In this document: piece by piece, positions 1 to 11,000 of the stretch
Layout: every line of letters starts with the position of its first letter
How positions within the stretch are numbered: the stretch's first letter is position 1
NCBI GenBank assembly: GCA_963719515.1
Contig: CAVRCJ010000003.1
Span: 320,001-384,000 of the forward strand
Source: an uncultured cyanobacterium
GTDB taxonomy: Bacteria > Cyanobacteriota > Cyanobacteriia > CAKZMO01
DNA length: 64,000 bases
Direction: 5' to 3'
Notes under the pieces: generated by a model
Told to the model about the DNA's origin: nothing
Databases searched by the model: none
What the model saw: the letters and a program-made list of their open reading frames with translations, nothing else
Position numbers and translations under genes: made by a program

Positions 1-136
1 GTGTTGCTGGCGAGCCACTATTCAGCTCTTTTGTGGAAGTTCCTGCGTCAATCTGTCTCAATCTAGTCAGCTAGTCCGCCCAGCGTTAGCTTGTCTTTAT
101 TAGCTTAGCTTTTTAAACCCCGGAGGTCTCTCAAGC

Positions 137-574
137 ATGTCTGTACGTCTATATGTGGGCAACCTACCCAAAGATCTAGAGCGTCAAGAACTAGAAACCG
201 TTTTCGCAGAATATGGAGATTCAGCCTCTACCAAGCTGATCACCGACCGCAAGACCGGTAAGTGCCGTGGCTTTGCCTTCGTCACCGTTCAAGATGACGA
301 CCAAGCCAATCAAATTATCGAAAAGTTCAACGGCTACGACTTCAACGGGAGCGAGCTCAAAATCGAGAAGGCTCAGCCCCGCGCCAAGGAAAAAGAGGAA
401 GGCGGTACAACTGAAACCCCCAACACCGCGAAGCGCAAGGGCGTCAAGGGAGGTCGGAAAAGCAGCGGCAGCGGCGGCACAACAGCCACCGAAGCCACGC
501 AGCCGGATCCTCGCTGGGCTCAGGAGCTAGAGAAGCTTAAAGAGCTACTTGCGGCCCAAGCGACTAATTCCTAG
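137..574 (+). CDS. RRM (RNP-1) RNA-binding protein, cyanobacterial Rbp family
   Basis: RNP2 LYVGNL and RNP1 RGFAFV motifs; GGAGG RBS upstream; C-terminal QPDPRWA tail. Confidence 0.93.
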   Translation: MSVRLYVGNLPKDLERQELETVFAEYGDSASTKLITDRKTGKCRGFAFVTVQDDDQANQIIEKFNGYDFNGSELKIEKAQPRAKEKEEGGTTETPNTAKRKGVKGGRKSSGSGGTTATEATQPDPRWAQELEKLKELLAAQATNS

Positions 575-580
575 GCTGTA

Positions 581-2860
581 TTATGCCTTGCGCCGGGCCG
601 TATCGAACCGCTGTTCTAGAGCGGTTATGGCCGGGCAGGGCCGCTGCGGCTCAAGGTGCTCAGGCCGCTTCCAGCTGAAGGGTGCTTCTTGGGCTGCGGA
701 TAGCCAAAGCAGTCGCTGAGCCCGGGTCATCGCAACGTAGAGCAGGCGATACTCCTCTGACACCTTTAGATGGTTAGAGTCTTGCCAGGCTTGGGCAACG
801 TTGGGGATAGCCCTTTGGCCATGAACGACTGCCCGCATCTGAGTACGGGCAGCATCTGCCAAGTTGATGCGCCCCAAAAAGTGCAGCGGGGCAGGCACCC
901 AAGACTGGCCGGGCAGCGTTCTTTCGTGTAAAAGCGGCAGGAACACGATGTCCCAATCTAGCCCCTTAGCGCGATGCATCGTCATGATGGTGAGCTGGCG
1001 CGGGCGGCGGTATAAAGCGTCTAAGTCATCCACCTCGACGGGCTCAAAGCTCTCGGAGTCGACTAGAGTTTCCAACTGTTCTAGCAGGCTAGGGGGTCCG
1101 CTTTGGGCGAGGCGCGATGCCAGTTTATCGGCGGTCGCTAGGTCGGTAGGCGAGTAGCGCAGCGCTAGAGCCAAAAAAGAAATTAGCTGGTAGGTCGGTA
1201 GCTCAAGCCTTGCCCTAAGCAAGCTAGTGCAGTAGCGCTGCGCTTGGGTGATGGCGGCTGTAGGCGACGCCGATAGGGGGTTGGGATAGAGGAACTGCTC
1301 TGGAACCGCTGCTAGGGCGTCAAAGGCCTGGGACTGAATGAGTCGGTGATGGGCCAGCAGGCTCAGCGCCGCCTTGAGATAATCTGACGAGTGAGGCCGC
1401 TCCAAAAATCTCAGCAGCGTCAGCATTTCTATCGGCACCACCGACTGCCGCTGGCGATCGCCGGCATCAAAGACGGCGATACCTTCGCTGACCAAATCAA
1501 TGGACAGGCCATAGGTTTGAGGGTCCTGTAGCACCTGAGCCACAAAGCTGGCCTGACGATTTTCCCGCACCAGCACCGCCGCCCGCCAGGTCGGGTTTTG
1601 AGTAAGCTGCTCTAGGGCGATCGCCGCAATGCGCTCTAAGGAGTCGTAGATTGTCTTAGGGCGATAAATCTCTAGACCGCCCAGGACCGCAGGTGGATTG
1701 GCCTCGGGCTGAGGGTCTCCTTTGGGGACGGGCTGAATGTACTGGGGGCGAAACGGCAGCTCCTGGGGGCAGTTGCGGTTGGCCCAGTCCACCAAAAAGT
1801 TGGCCGCCTGCAAAATGATAGGGGTACTACGCCCCGCTTGAGTCATTTCCGTCAGCTGCCCGTCGGCTGCGCACTGCTCGCAAAATCGCCGGAAGAAGAC
1901 GGGGTCTGCGGGAGTAAAGGTGGAGTTGATGGCCTGGTTGGGGTCTCCTACCCGCACCAGGTTGGGGGCAGTGCTAGATGGTCTCCGAGCGAGGACGTCG
2001 AGCAGGGCGGCCTGGAGGGGTGAGGAATCTTGAGCTTCGTCTTCAAAAATGCCGTAGAGCTGAGACTGCCATAGCTCACGGGCTGACCCGTCTTGGAGCA
2101 CCTTGAGGGCCGCTAGAATGATGTCGTCGTAGTCAAACAGCTGACGGCCAAGCCTCAGCTGCTGATACTGCTCGTACAGCCCTGCCGCAATTTCCAAAAG
2201 GCTGTAGGACTCGTCAACGTCAACGCCCTGGGTGGCCACCATGCGCTGTAGGTCCGACGGTGATAGGCCTGAGCTCTTGGCCTCGTGGACTACCACATAG
2301 GTTAGCCGGGGCAGCAAATCGGTTCGCAGCACCGACTGTCGTCGCAGCCGTTCGGTTTCCTCCCCGTCAAACTGCTGCCCTTCAATCAGCTGGCCATAGC
2401 TCACTGGGTTGTCAACAATCCATCGCTCTACCGCGCTACGAATCAGGTAGTGATTTTGGTTGGGAGAACTGAGGCGGGTATGGCTAGGGTCGATGCCCGA
2501 CAGCTCCGGGTGACGCGTGGCGATCGCGTAGGCGAGGCCGTGCAGGGTATAGACCGCAAAGCCTACGGGCGGCACCGACAACATCTGAAGATAGTGGCGA
2601 ACCTTTGCCTTGAGGCTGGCCACTGCGGAGCGGGTGAAGGTGACAAGTACGAGCTGTCCCTGGCGCTGAGATTGAGCTGCACGAGCCACGGCTAGAGCAG
2701 CGGCGATCGCCATCCCTGTAGATTTCCCGGAGCCCGGCACGGCAGATACCGCTAGCGTCCCCCCCTGCCAGTCGGCCATGGGCAGCTGGCCTGCCCGCAG
2801 CTGCGATCGCAGCTGCGCCGCGCCGACGTCTAGAGTTGGGGAAGGGTCCGCTATAGTCAT
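581..2860 (-). CDS. ATP-dependent SF1 helicase, UvrD/Rep family
   Basis: Walker A AVPGSGKS, DEAQD, GDPNQAI, MTMHRAKGLDWD, EEYRLLYVAMTRA. Confidence 0.92.
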   Translation of the reverse strand: MTIADPSPTLDVGAAQLRSQLRAGQLPMADWQGGTLAVSAVPGSGKSTGMAIAAALAVARAAQSQRQGQLVLVTFTRSAVASLKAKVRHYLQMLSVPPVGFAVYTLHGLAYAIATRHPELSGIDPSHTRLSSPNQNHYLIRSAVERWIVDNPVSYGQLIEGQQFDGEETERLRRQSVLRTDLLPRLTYVVVHEAKSSGLSPSDLQRMVATQGVDVDESYSLLEIAAGLYEQYQQLRLGRQLFDYDDIILAALKVLQDGSARELWQSQLYGIFEDEAQDSSPLQAALLDVLARRPSSTAPNLVRVGDPNQAINSTFTPADPVFFRRFCEQCAADGQLTEMTQAGRSTPIILQAANFLVDWANRNCPQELPFRPQYIQPVPKGDPQPEANPPAVLGGLEIYRPKTIYDSLERIAAIALEQLTQNPTWRAAVLVRENRQASFVAQVLQDPQTYGLSIDLVSEGIAVFDAGDRQRQSVVPIEMLTLLRFLERPHSSDYLKAALSLLAHHRLIQSQAFDALAAVPEQFLYPNPLSASPTAAITQAQRYCTSLLRARLELPTYQLISFLALALRYSPTDLATADKLASRLAQSGPPSLLEQLETLVDSESFEPVEVDDLDALYRRPRQLTIMTMHRAKGLDWDIVFLPLLHERTLPGQSWVPAPLHFLGRINLADAARTQMRAVVHGQRAIPNVAQAWQDSNHLKVSEEYRLLYVAMTRAQRLLWLSAAQEAPFSWKRPEHLEPQRPCPAITALEQRFDTARRKA

Positions 2861-3052
2861 GATGCAATTCCAAAAACGGGACGGGCGTAAGGAACGTAGT
2901 CTCTACTATTGTGGCGAATAGTAGCCAATCTCCTGCAATATGAGGGTAGTGTATTGACATCTCAAATAGGACAGCAGATCCAACAGGATTGCGATCGCCC
3001 TGTTGTGGGAACTCAAGCCACCACTTTATCTGTAGGAACAGAATTCAGCGCG

Positions 3053-4330
3053 ATGGGAGTTGGACTAAAAACGATAGGCCTCGTTGGCCCTGCTCTAGCT
3101 GGCTCTGCTGCAGTCGCTTTATTGGCGATCGCTGACGCAGGTCCCGCTAGGGCCGCTGCCCTGACAGTCGAGGCAGGCGACGTTAAAGCTGAATATAGCG
3201 ACACTGAGGGTGACGTCTGCGTCGAATCTCCCAGTTTGACCATCACCCGTGGTGAGGCGATCGCCTTTGACGAGGCGATCGCCAGCGAGCTGGGCATCTG
3301 TCAGCAGGATCAATTTGAGCTGCGAGATTTAGACCAAGACGGCGAACCTGAGATACTGATTGATTTTTACAGCGGTGGAGCGCACTGCTGCTGGTTTACT
3401 CAGGTGTATCGCTACGACGCTGACCAAGGGCAGTATCGGGCGAACGAGCAGTCCTGGGGCAATGGAGGTAGCGCCATCTTGGAGGATTTGGAAGGTGACG
3501 GCCAGCCAGAGTTTGTCAGCCGTGACGATCGCTTCGCCTACCAGTTTTCGTCCTTTGCCGATTCGGCTTTTCCACCCCAGATTTGGCGTTACGGCGACGG
3601 CACCTTCATCGACGTAACGCGCCAGTACCCCGATCAGGTCTACGACGAGGCCTATGGGCTGTGGCAGCTATATGGGCAAGCGCGGGTGAGCGGGCGGGAG
3701 ACTAAGGGCGTCCTAGCGGCTTATCTGGCCACCAAGCATTTGCTTGGCCAAGCCGAGGACGGCTGGCAGCGGGTACAAGCGGCTTATCAAGGCGGCGATC
3801 GCCCCCAGTTTTTTGCCGACCTATCCACGTTTTTACAGCAGACCGGCTACACTGCTGCTTTTCCCGCTTCCGAATTTTCCGGTACGCCTGCGCTTCCTGC
3901 TACAGACGACAGCGGGACCTCACTTTTGCTAGAGCAGCAGGGCAGCCTCGATCCCGGTGACGGTATTTTGCCCACCGATGGCAGCCTTTACGATGAGCAT
4001 CTATTCACGGCGGAGGCCGGAGACGTGGTGCTGATTCGCCTGGAGAGCGATACATTCGACCCCTACCTGTTTTTGGTGGGGCCTCAAGGAGAGCTGATTG
4101 CCCAAAATGATGATGCTAGTGAGTCTGACATCAGCGCGGTACTGGAGGTGAGGTTACCGCAGTCGGGGGCCTACCGGGCGATCGCCAACTCTTACAACAG
4201 CACGGGGCGGGGGGGCTATCAGCTCACCGTTCGCCGCCGCCAAATCGGCACCTCTTCTGAGGAAAGCGCTGTAGAGGCGGAGCTTGAGGGGCGCGATGAG
4301 GCCGGTGAAGAGGAGTTAGGCGACCGCTAG
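3053..4330 (+). CDS. Secreted protein with Ca-binding DxDxDG loops and a C-terminal PPC (pre-peptidase C-terminal) domain
   Basis: Signal-like N-terminus from ATG 3053; DLDQDGEPE and DLEGDGQPE loops; YSGGAHCC; PPC-type FDPYLFL...QNDD...GAYRAIANSY. Confidence 0.75.
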   Translation: MGVGLKTIGLVGPALAGSAAVALLAIADAGPARAAALTVEAGDVKAEYSDTEGDVCVESPSLTITRGEAIAFDEAIASELGICQQDQFELRDLDQDGEPEILIDFYSGGAHCCWFTQVYRYDADQGQYRANEQSWGNGGSAILEDLEGDGQPEFVSRDDRFAYQFSSFADSAFPPQIWRYGDGTFIDVTRQYPDQVYDEAYGLWQLYGQARVSGRETKGVLAAYLATKHLLGQAEDGWQRVQAAYQGGDRPQFFADLSTFLQQTGYTAAFPASEFSGTPALPATDDSGTSLLLEQQGSLDPGDGILPTDGSLYDEHLFTAEAGDVVLIRLESDTFDPYLFLVGPQGELIAQNDDASESDISAVLEVRLPQSGAYRAIANSYNSTGRGGYQLTVRRRQIGTSSEESAVEAELEGRDEAGEEELGDR

Positions 4331-4448
4331 ATTAATTCGCACAGCTTGGTTTACTCGGTGGCTTGACGGCAGCAATCTTGATTTCACCAAACCAAGATGT
4401 CACTATAATCAACAAAAATCAACTGCGGAATGTCGCTACAGGGAGTCT

Positions 4449-4976
4449 ATGTCAGACCTGCATATCTCTTGGCCAGAGTACTACGACAAAGTTGAGCGGC
4501 TCGCCGCCAGCGTTCACCAATCGGGGTGGGAGTTCAATCAGATCGTCTGTATTGCCAAGGGAGGGTTACGCGTTGGCGATACCCTAGCCCGCCTGTTCGA
4601 CGTGCCGCTGGCGGTGATGGCCACGAGCTCTTATCGGGGTGTGGGCAGCCACAGCACTCGAGAGAAAATTGTGTTCTCTCAGCACTTGGCGATGACGACT
4701 CAAAACCTGGGGAGCCGCGTGCTGCTGGTAGATGACTTGGCGGACTCCGGCGTTACCCTGGAGCGCAGCGTGGCCTGGCTACAGTACCACTACGGGTTCT
4801 ATATCGAGACGGTGCGCACGGCAGTGCTGTGGTACAAGAGCTGTTCGGTCGCTAAGCCAGACTATTATGTGGACTACCTGCCAGACGACCCCTGGATTCA
4901 TCAGCCTTTTGAGCGCTATGAAGCGATGAGTCCAGCGGATCTATCGCGATCGCTAGAGGCTGTGCAGAGGTCTTGA
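4449..4976 (+). CDS. Type I phosphoribosyltransferase (purine salvage-like)
   Basis: PRPP-binding loop VLLVDDLADSGVTL; WIHQPFE end. Confidence 0.9.
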   Translation: MSDLHISWPEYYDKVERLAASVHQSGWEFNQIVCIAKGGLRVGDTLARLFDVPLAVMATSSYRGVGSHSTREKIVFSQHLAMTTQNLGSRVLLVDDLADSGVTLERSVAWLQYHYGFYIETVRTAVLWYKSCSVAKPDYYVDYLPDDPWIHQPFERYEAMSPADLSRSLEAVQRS

Positions 4977-5005
4977 GGTAGTGGAGTCATAGCAAGTCCT
5001 AAGCA

Positions 5006-5944
5006 TTAGGACATCTGCTGTAAGTGCCCCTTGATGGCAAACCAACCCTCCCGCAGTTTCCAAAACTTGCTGGTCTTCATCGCCTCCACCTCTCCGGCTA
5101 GCTCTCCGGCCCTCGCCTCTAGGGTCTGCACCCGCTGCTCTAGTGCCTGAATGCGCCGTTCGCGGGCCACCACCGCGCGGTGCCGCTCTTCCAGCCGAGC
5201 GTACTTATCGGTAAACTCTTGCTGCAGGACCGTCATCCGCCGCGACCGCCACTCCGGCTGCTGATAGACCGGCAGCTGGTTTTGAATTTCAAACACTTCC
5301 GCAAACAGGGCGCGAATATCGCTGGAGGCGCCGCCTTGGCTGTAGGAGGCGATCGCTCGGGGTATATGATGCACCATCAGCTCGGGGTGGGCCAGCAGCC
5401 GCACAAACCAGTCGTAGTCGGCGGCAATTTTATAGCGCTCGCAAAATGGCCCCAGCACCTTAAATAGATCAGCGCTGAAGAAGCTGGCGGGCTGAATAAA
5501 GCAGTTGCCCAGATACACCAGCTCCGCGAGCGTCTCCTCCGGCGGGGCCGGTTCATAATGGCGGCCTGCCACATTCCCAAGGTGCCGAGTTTCGTGGTTG
5601 CCGTAAATAAAGTCGCAATCGGGGTGAGCCTGACTGTAGGCCATTACGTCAGCCACAACCTCATCGTCGAGCAGGTAATCGTCGGCGTTGGCAAAATAAA
5701 CCCAATCGCCTGTGGCCCGAGCAACGCCCTTATTCATGGCCTGGTAAATCCCCTCATCCGGTTCTGTAATCAGGGTAGTAATGCGATCGCTGTAGCAACG
5801 GAGCAGATCAAGGGTGCCATCCGTAGAAGCGCCATCTACCACGATGTACTCTAGCGGAGCGTAGGTTTGGGCCAAAACCTGCTGGATGGTTTTTTCTAAG
5901 GTTGCCGCCGCGTTATAGCAGACAGTGATGATTGAAACCTTCAT
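5006..5944 (-). CDS. Glycosyltransferase family 2 with a C-terminal coiled coil
   Basis: VSIITVCYN, VVDGASTDGT, GIYQAMNKG, ANADD; SKFWKLR tail. Confidence 0.92.
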   Translation of the reverse strand: MKVSIITVCYNAAATLEKTIQQVLAQTYAPLEYIVVDGASTDGTLDLLRCYSDRITTLITEPDEGIYQAMNKGVARATGDWVYFANADDYLLDDEVVADVMAYSQAHPDCDFIYGNHETRHLGNVAGRHYEPAPPEETLAELVYLGNCFIQPASFFSADLFKVLGPFCERYKIAADYDWFVRLLAHPELMVHHIPRAIASYSQGGASSDIRALFAEVFEIQNQLPVYQQPEWRSRRMTVLQQEFTDKYARLEERHRAVVARERRIQALEQRVQTLEARAGELAGEVEAMKTSKFWKLREGWFAIKGHLQQMS

Positions 5945-6013
5945 GCGCGACCCGCCTGTGATGGTGCTCAGTCTGTTACTTCGATTTGCCGACCTTATCT
6001 ACCCTGCTGCCGG

Positions 6014-7252
6014 CTACACCTCCCCCTGCATGACTTGCTTCAGAGTCGTCAACATCCCCAGCGTAATAGGACCGCGATAGTGCCCTCGATCGTTGGACAT
6101 CCCCAGAAATAGGGGATAGCCCTGAGACGAAATGCGTCTAAAGCGGGGGGAAGTATTGATATAGACCGTAGCACTGGTGATCGCTGTGGCGAACCGACGA
6201 CTCTCTGAGTAGGAATCTGTGACTAAGCAGTCAGCATGGCCGCTGCTGTGGCTATTAATCCACCGAGCGGCCTGCGTTACGTTCTCCACCGTTTTGAGCG
6301 TCACGGTGCGGTTCAGGCTCGCCTGGGTCCAGGATTCCTCTTCAGCAACGGCGAGCTCCGGAAACTTTGCCACCATGACGGCATCGCCCTTGAGCCTAAA
6401 TCCTTTACTTACCAAATTGTCCAGCAGCTCGCGCGTCTCGCGGTCGTCGCAGCGCTGGTCGATCAAAACTTTTTCGACCGCGTTGACTGGATCGGGCTCG
6501 CTCTTATGGCTGTCTACCACGATGCGATTGACAAGTTCAGCGCTGCCAGAACTACCCCAATAGAGATAGCAGTTGCCGATGGCGGTTTTCAAAACTGGAA
6601 CTGTGGCCTGTGCAACGACCTGATTCACTAAACTTCGACGACCGTAGGGAATGACGAGGTTAACGCCCCGGGTGACGGTCACTAGCTCACGCACTAGGTT
6701 GCCCTGGTCTGACGGCAGCAGCTGTACGCTGTGCTCGGCAAGCCCAGTTTCCTGTAGGGCTTCCTGCAGCACTTTGGCGATGGCGCGGTTTGAATGGCTG
6801 GCTTCGCTTCCGCCTTTGAGAATAAGGGCGTTGCCGGTTCTGAGACTAAATCCCGCCATAATAGCGCTCAGCTCTGGAAATGATTCGTAAATCAGCGCGA
6901 CGACGCCCAGCGGCATAGATTGACCAACGACTAAGCCTTGGTTGGCGGCATAGGGGGTTGCGAAAACCTGATTGAGCGGGTCCGGGCATTGAGCGAGCCG
7001 CTCTAGAATTTGAACTGTCGTCGTCAGCCGCTCTGGCGTCAGCTTCAGCCAGTCGAGAATCAAGGCGGGGACGGCCATCTCCCGACTGGCTTCTAGGTCT
7101 AGCGTGTTCGCTTCTAAGATGTCGTCTCGATGGGTCTCGAGCAACCTGGCCATCAAGGTGATGCAGCGGCTGCGCAGATCTGCTGGTGTCGCTCTCAGTA
7201 GCGGGACAACTTGACGGGATGCGTGAATGGCAGAGTCTATTATTGTAGTCAA
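6014..7252 (-). CDS. proA: Gamma-glutamyl phosphate reductase-like protein (divergent ProA2 type)
   Basis: ILEANTLDL, PLGVVALIYE, LILKGGSEA, IPYGR, VYINTSPRF; TTG start at 7252 inferred. Confidence 0.85.
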   Translation of the reverse strand: MTTIIDSAIHASRQVVPLLRATPADLRSRCITLMARLLETHRDDILEANTLDLEASREMAVPALILDWLKLTPERLTTTVQILERLAQCPDPLNQVFATPYAANQGLVVGQSMPLGVVALIYESFPELSAIMAGFSLRTGNALILKGGSEASHSNRAIAKVLQEALQETGLAEHSVQLLPSDQGNLVRELVTVTRGVNLVIPYGRRSLVNQVVAQATVPVLKTAIGNCYLYWGSSGSAELVNRIVVDSHKSEPDPVNAVEKVLIDQRCDDRETRELLDNLVSKGFRLKGDAVMVAKFPELAVAEEESWTQASLNRTVTLKTVENVTQAARWINSHSSGHADCLVTDSYSESRRFATAITSATVYINTSPRFRRISSQGYPLFLGMSNDRGHYRGPITLGMLTTLKQVMQGEV

Positions 7253-7263
7253 GGCATTAACCT

Positions 7264-7659
7264 TTAGCGCCTGTAGGCAAACCAGAGAACGAATGCCAGC
7301 ATCGCAAATAATACCGCAACAATCCCGACTCGCAAACCAACTTCGGCATTGAGCGTAGCAATCAGGAAGACAATCACCAGTCCTAGACAGGCCATCAGCG
7401 TCAGGGGCAGAAATTCTTGACCCAGGGTCGAACGCGCAACGCTCCACTGCTGTCCCGTCCATCGCCAAACTTTCTTTTGCGGATATACGGCGGAGAGCTG
7501 CTCGATGGTTTCTCCGCTCTCGTGAACGACAAAAATTTGCTGACAGCGATCGCATCCGAAGGCCTCTGTCAGGGTAATCGGAACAAGCCGTCCCTGGCGT
7601 CGGCAGGGACAGGGATAGCTATTGTTGAAGCTGATCTTGTTAGGTCGTTGGATCTGCAC
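7264..7659 (-). CDS. Hypothetical membrane protein with a Zn-ribbon-like N-terminus
   Basis: YPCPC...GCDRC followed by two hydrophobic helices; GTG start at 7659 inferred. Confidence 0.7.
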   Translation of the reverse strand: MQIQRPNKISFNNSYPCPCRRQGRLVPITLTEAFGCDRCQQIFVVHESGETIEQLSAVYPQKKVWRWTGQQWSVARSTLGQEFLPLTLMACLGLVIVFLIATLNAEVGLRVGIVAVLFAMLAFVLWFAYRR

Positions 7660-7795
7660 AGGCGCTGCTAGAACACGTCGAGTCAACAGGATGGCTAAGG
7701 TCTGCTGAGCCCGATGGTAAGTGAGGCCACCGAGTCCCGCTGGAGAAATCTCCACGTGCCATAAGCTATCTTAGCCTATGCCTATTTCTGAGAAA

Positions 7796-7867
7796 AGCGG
7801 GTAACGCGATTCGAACGCGCGACATTCACCTTGGCAAGGTGACGCTCTACCACTGAGCTATACCCGC
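7796..7867 (-). tRNA. trnG: tRNA-Gly (GCC)
   Basis: Reverse complement GCGGGTATAGCTCAGTGGTAGAGCGTCACCTTGCCAAGGTGAATGTCGCGCGTTCGAATCGCGTTACCCGCT folds as a cloverleaf; anticodon GCC; CCA not encoded. Confidence 0.97.
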
Positions 7868-7885
7868 AAAATTAGACTATTTACT

Positions 7886-7914
7886 ATCATGCCGAAGTTT
7901 GGGTATTGTGTCAA
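7886..7914 (-). promoter_or_regulatory. Putative sigma70 promoter of tRNA-Gly
   Basis: TTGACA-N17-CATGAT ending 18 nt upstream of the tRNA. Confidence 0.5.
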
Positions 7915-8046
7915 CCCTTTCAAATTACGATCGCGTCTTGGTTTGTGTCACATCGTTAACTTTCCTTCTTTTTCTTGCAAAAGCCTGACTATATTTGATG
8001 TCGGCTGCCCGACCGCCCAACGCTTGGTTCTACGACGTCCTGCACA

Positions 8047-11000
8047 ATGACTAACCCCTCTGGCTATTACCGATTCCCGACGATTCACGGCGATCGCGTG
8101 GTGTTTGTCTGCGAAGATGACCTCTGGAGCGTGCCGGCCAGTGGCGGCACCGCCGTGCGGCTCACCGCGAATTTAGGAGAGGTCAGTCATCCGGCCCTGT
8201 CTCCCGATGGGCAGCAGCTCGCTTTTGTGGGCCGGGAGGAGGGGCATCTTGAGGTGTACGTCATGCCCGCAGCCGGCGGCAGCGCCAAACGGCTGACCTT
8301 TCTAGGCGCTGCCGTGCAGGTTTCAGGGTGGACCGCCGACGGACGAATTGTCTTTGCCAGCAGCACCGGACAGCCCTTTCGCCGATTGATGACGCTGCAC
8401 AGCGTCAGCCCTGAAGGGGGTCTGCCGCTGCCGCTGCCCTACGGCATGGCCCATACGGTCTCGTTTGGGCCCAACGGGGGCGTGCTGTTGGGGCGAAATA
8501 TCGGCGATCCGGCCCGCTGGAAGCGCTATCGCGGCGGGCTAGCGGGGGTCATGTGGATTGACGCTGACGGCAGCGGCACCTTCGAGCGGCTCGATCTTAA
8601 GGGCAATATTGCCGCCCCGATGTGGATTGGCAATCGCCTCTATTTCATCTCCGACCACGATGGCATCGGCAACCTCTACTCCTGCACCCCCGCAGGTGAA
8701 GACCTGCAGCGCCTGACAAACCATCGGGACTATTACTTGCGCAACGCCACCACCGACGGGCAGCACATCGTTTACCACGCGGGGGCGGATCTATATTGCC
8801 TTGAGGTTGCCTCCGGTACCCAGCGTTCTATTCCGGTTGAATTTTACAGTCCTCGGATTCAGCGGCAGCGCAAGTTTGTCGATACGGGCTACTACCTGGA
8901 AGACTACGGCCTTCACCCCAAAGGCCAAGCTACCCTGATTACCAGCCGGGGACAGAGCTTTAGCTTTGGCCATTGGGAGGGGGCGGTTATGCCGCTGAAG
9001 CCGCACGAAGCAGAGCGATATCGCCTGACGCAGTGGCTCCACGACGGTAGCCGGTTTGTCACGGTGAGCACCGGGGCCAGCGAGGAAGCTACATCAGGCG
9101 CGGAAGTGCTGACGGTGTTGGACAGCGATTTTGAGGCTGCCTCTATGAGCTTGGATGGTCTTGACGTAGGCCGCGTCGTCGCCCTCAAGGCCTCGCCCGC
9201 TGCCAATCAGGTGGTGCTCTCTAATCACCGCCACGAGCTGATTTGGGTTGACCTCGACAGCCGTCAGTTTCGGGTGCTCGACCACAGCCGCTACCAGCGT
9301 ATCCACGGCTTCAGCTGGTCTGCTGACGGCGAGTGGGTGGTCTATGGCTGCAGCGAAACCCAGTACACCTCCTCGATAAAGCTAGGGCGGATTGCAGACG
9401 GTGAGCTCTACCAGCTAACGCCTCCGCGCTTTTTTGACTACGACCCTAGCTTTGACCCCCAAGGCAAGTTCATCTACTTTCTGTCGGTGCGAGAGTTCAA
9501 CCCGGTGTACGACAGCGTCTACTTCGACCTCAACTTTCCCCGCGCGACTCGCCCTTTCCTGATTTCGCTGCAAAAAGACACCCCCTCTCCCTTCGTGCCG
9601 GTTCCTAAACCTCTCTGTGAGGATGATGGTGACGAGGAGAAAAGCGACGATCACAAGAGCGACGAGGGCGCTGCCGAACAGGACGCGGGCAGGACGCCGG
9701 ACGGCGATCGCTCTGAGCCCCACAAGTCTGGAACTATCGCTATCGACTTCGACGGCATCGAGCAGCGGGTCGTGGGCTTCCCGGTGTCTGAAGGGCGCTA
9801 TGCCCAAATCTGGGGCCTTAAGGAGGGGGTTCTCTTCAGCTCAGCGCCTGTTCAGGGCAGCTTGGGCGGCGACTGGGGCAGCGAAGCTCCCGCCACCGAC
9901 GCCAAGATCGAAATTTATGATTTCAAGACCCAGAGCTGTGAGCTGGTAGCAGAAAACGTCACCGACTTTAAGGTAGGCCCAGACCACAGTACGCTGATCT
10001 ATCGATCGGGCGATCGCCTGCGGGTCTGTGCCGCTAAAGCCCAGTCGGAGGGTGAGGATCCTGGCGACGAGGAGCCCGGCCGCAAGACGGGCTGGCTCGA
10101 CCTAGATCGGGTGCGTATCTCGGTGCTGCCCCAGCAGGAGTGGCAGCAAATGTTGGCGGAGATTTGGAGCCTGCAGCGGGATCACTTTTGGACTGAAGAC
10201 CTGTCGGGGGTGGATTGGGAGCAGGTGTATCAGCGGTATTGTCCCCTGCTTGGCCGGGTCTCGACGCGCTCTGAATTTTCTGACCTCGTGTGGGAAATGC
10301 AGGGGGAGCTGGGGACTTCCCACGCTTACGAGATGGGCGGCGACTACCGAGAAGAGCCCGACTACGCCCTGGGATTTTTGGGGGCGGACTTTGCCTATAG
10401 CGCCGAGACTGAGGTCTACCACATCGCCCATATTGTTCAGGGAGACTCCTGGAGTAAGCAGGCTGCGCCGCTGCAGGAAATTGGGGTGAATCTGCAAGAC
10501 GGCGATCGCCTCCTCGCTATCAATGGTCAGCGCCTGACCCGCCAGTGCTCTCCTCACGAGCTGTTGGTGCATCAGGCGGGCTGTCGGGTGCAGCTGACGG
10601 TGACAGACCGCGATGGGCACAATCGCCGGACGGTTACCGTCAAAGCCCTAGAGGGCGATCGCCCTCTGCGCTATCGGGAGTGGGTGGAGCGCAATTACCA
10701 AACCGTGGCCGAGGCTACCGAGGGCCGCGTGGGGTACGTGCATATTCCCAATATGGGTCCAGAGGGATACGCTGAGTTTCACCGCTACTACTTTGCTGAG
10801 GTGCATAAGCAGGGGCTGCTGGTGGACGTTCGCTTCAATGGCGGCGGCCATGTCTCCCAGCTTATTTTAGAAAAGCTCGCTCGCCGGCGCATTGGCTACG
10901 ACGTCCCTCGCTGGGAGCAGCCCGAGCCCTACCCCTCCGACTCGATGGCAGGCCCCATCGTTGCCCTGACCAACGAGCAGGCCGGCTCTGACGGCGATAT

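Noticed and set aside
7796..7867. tRNA-Gly as an island integration site
   Set aside because: No integrase, and I saw no duplicated tRNA 3' end in the window.
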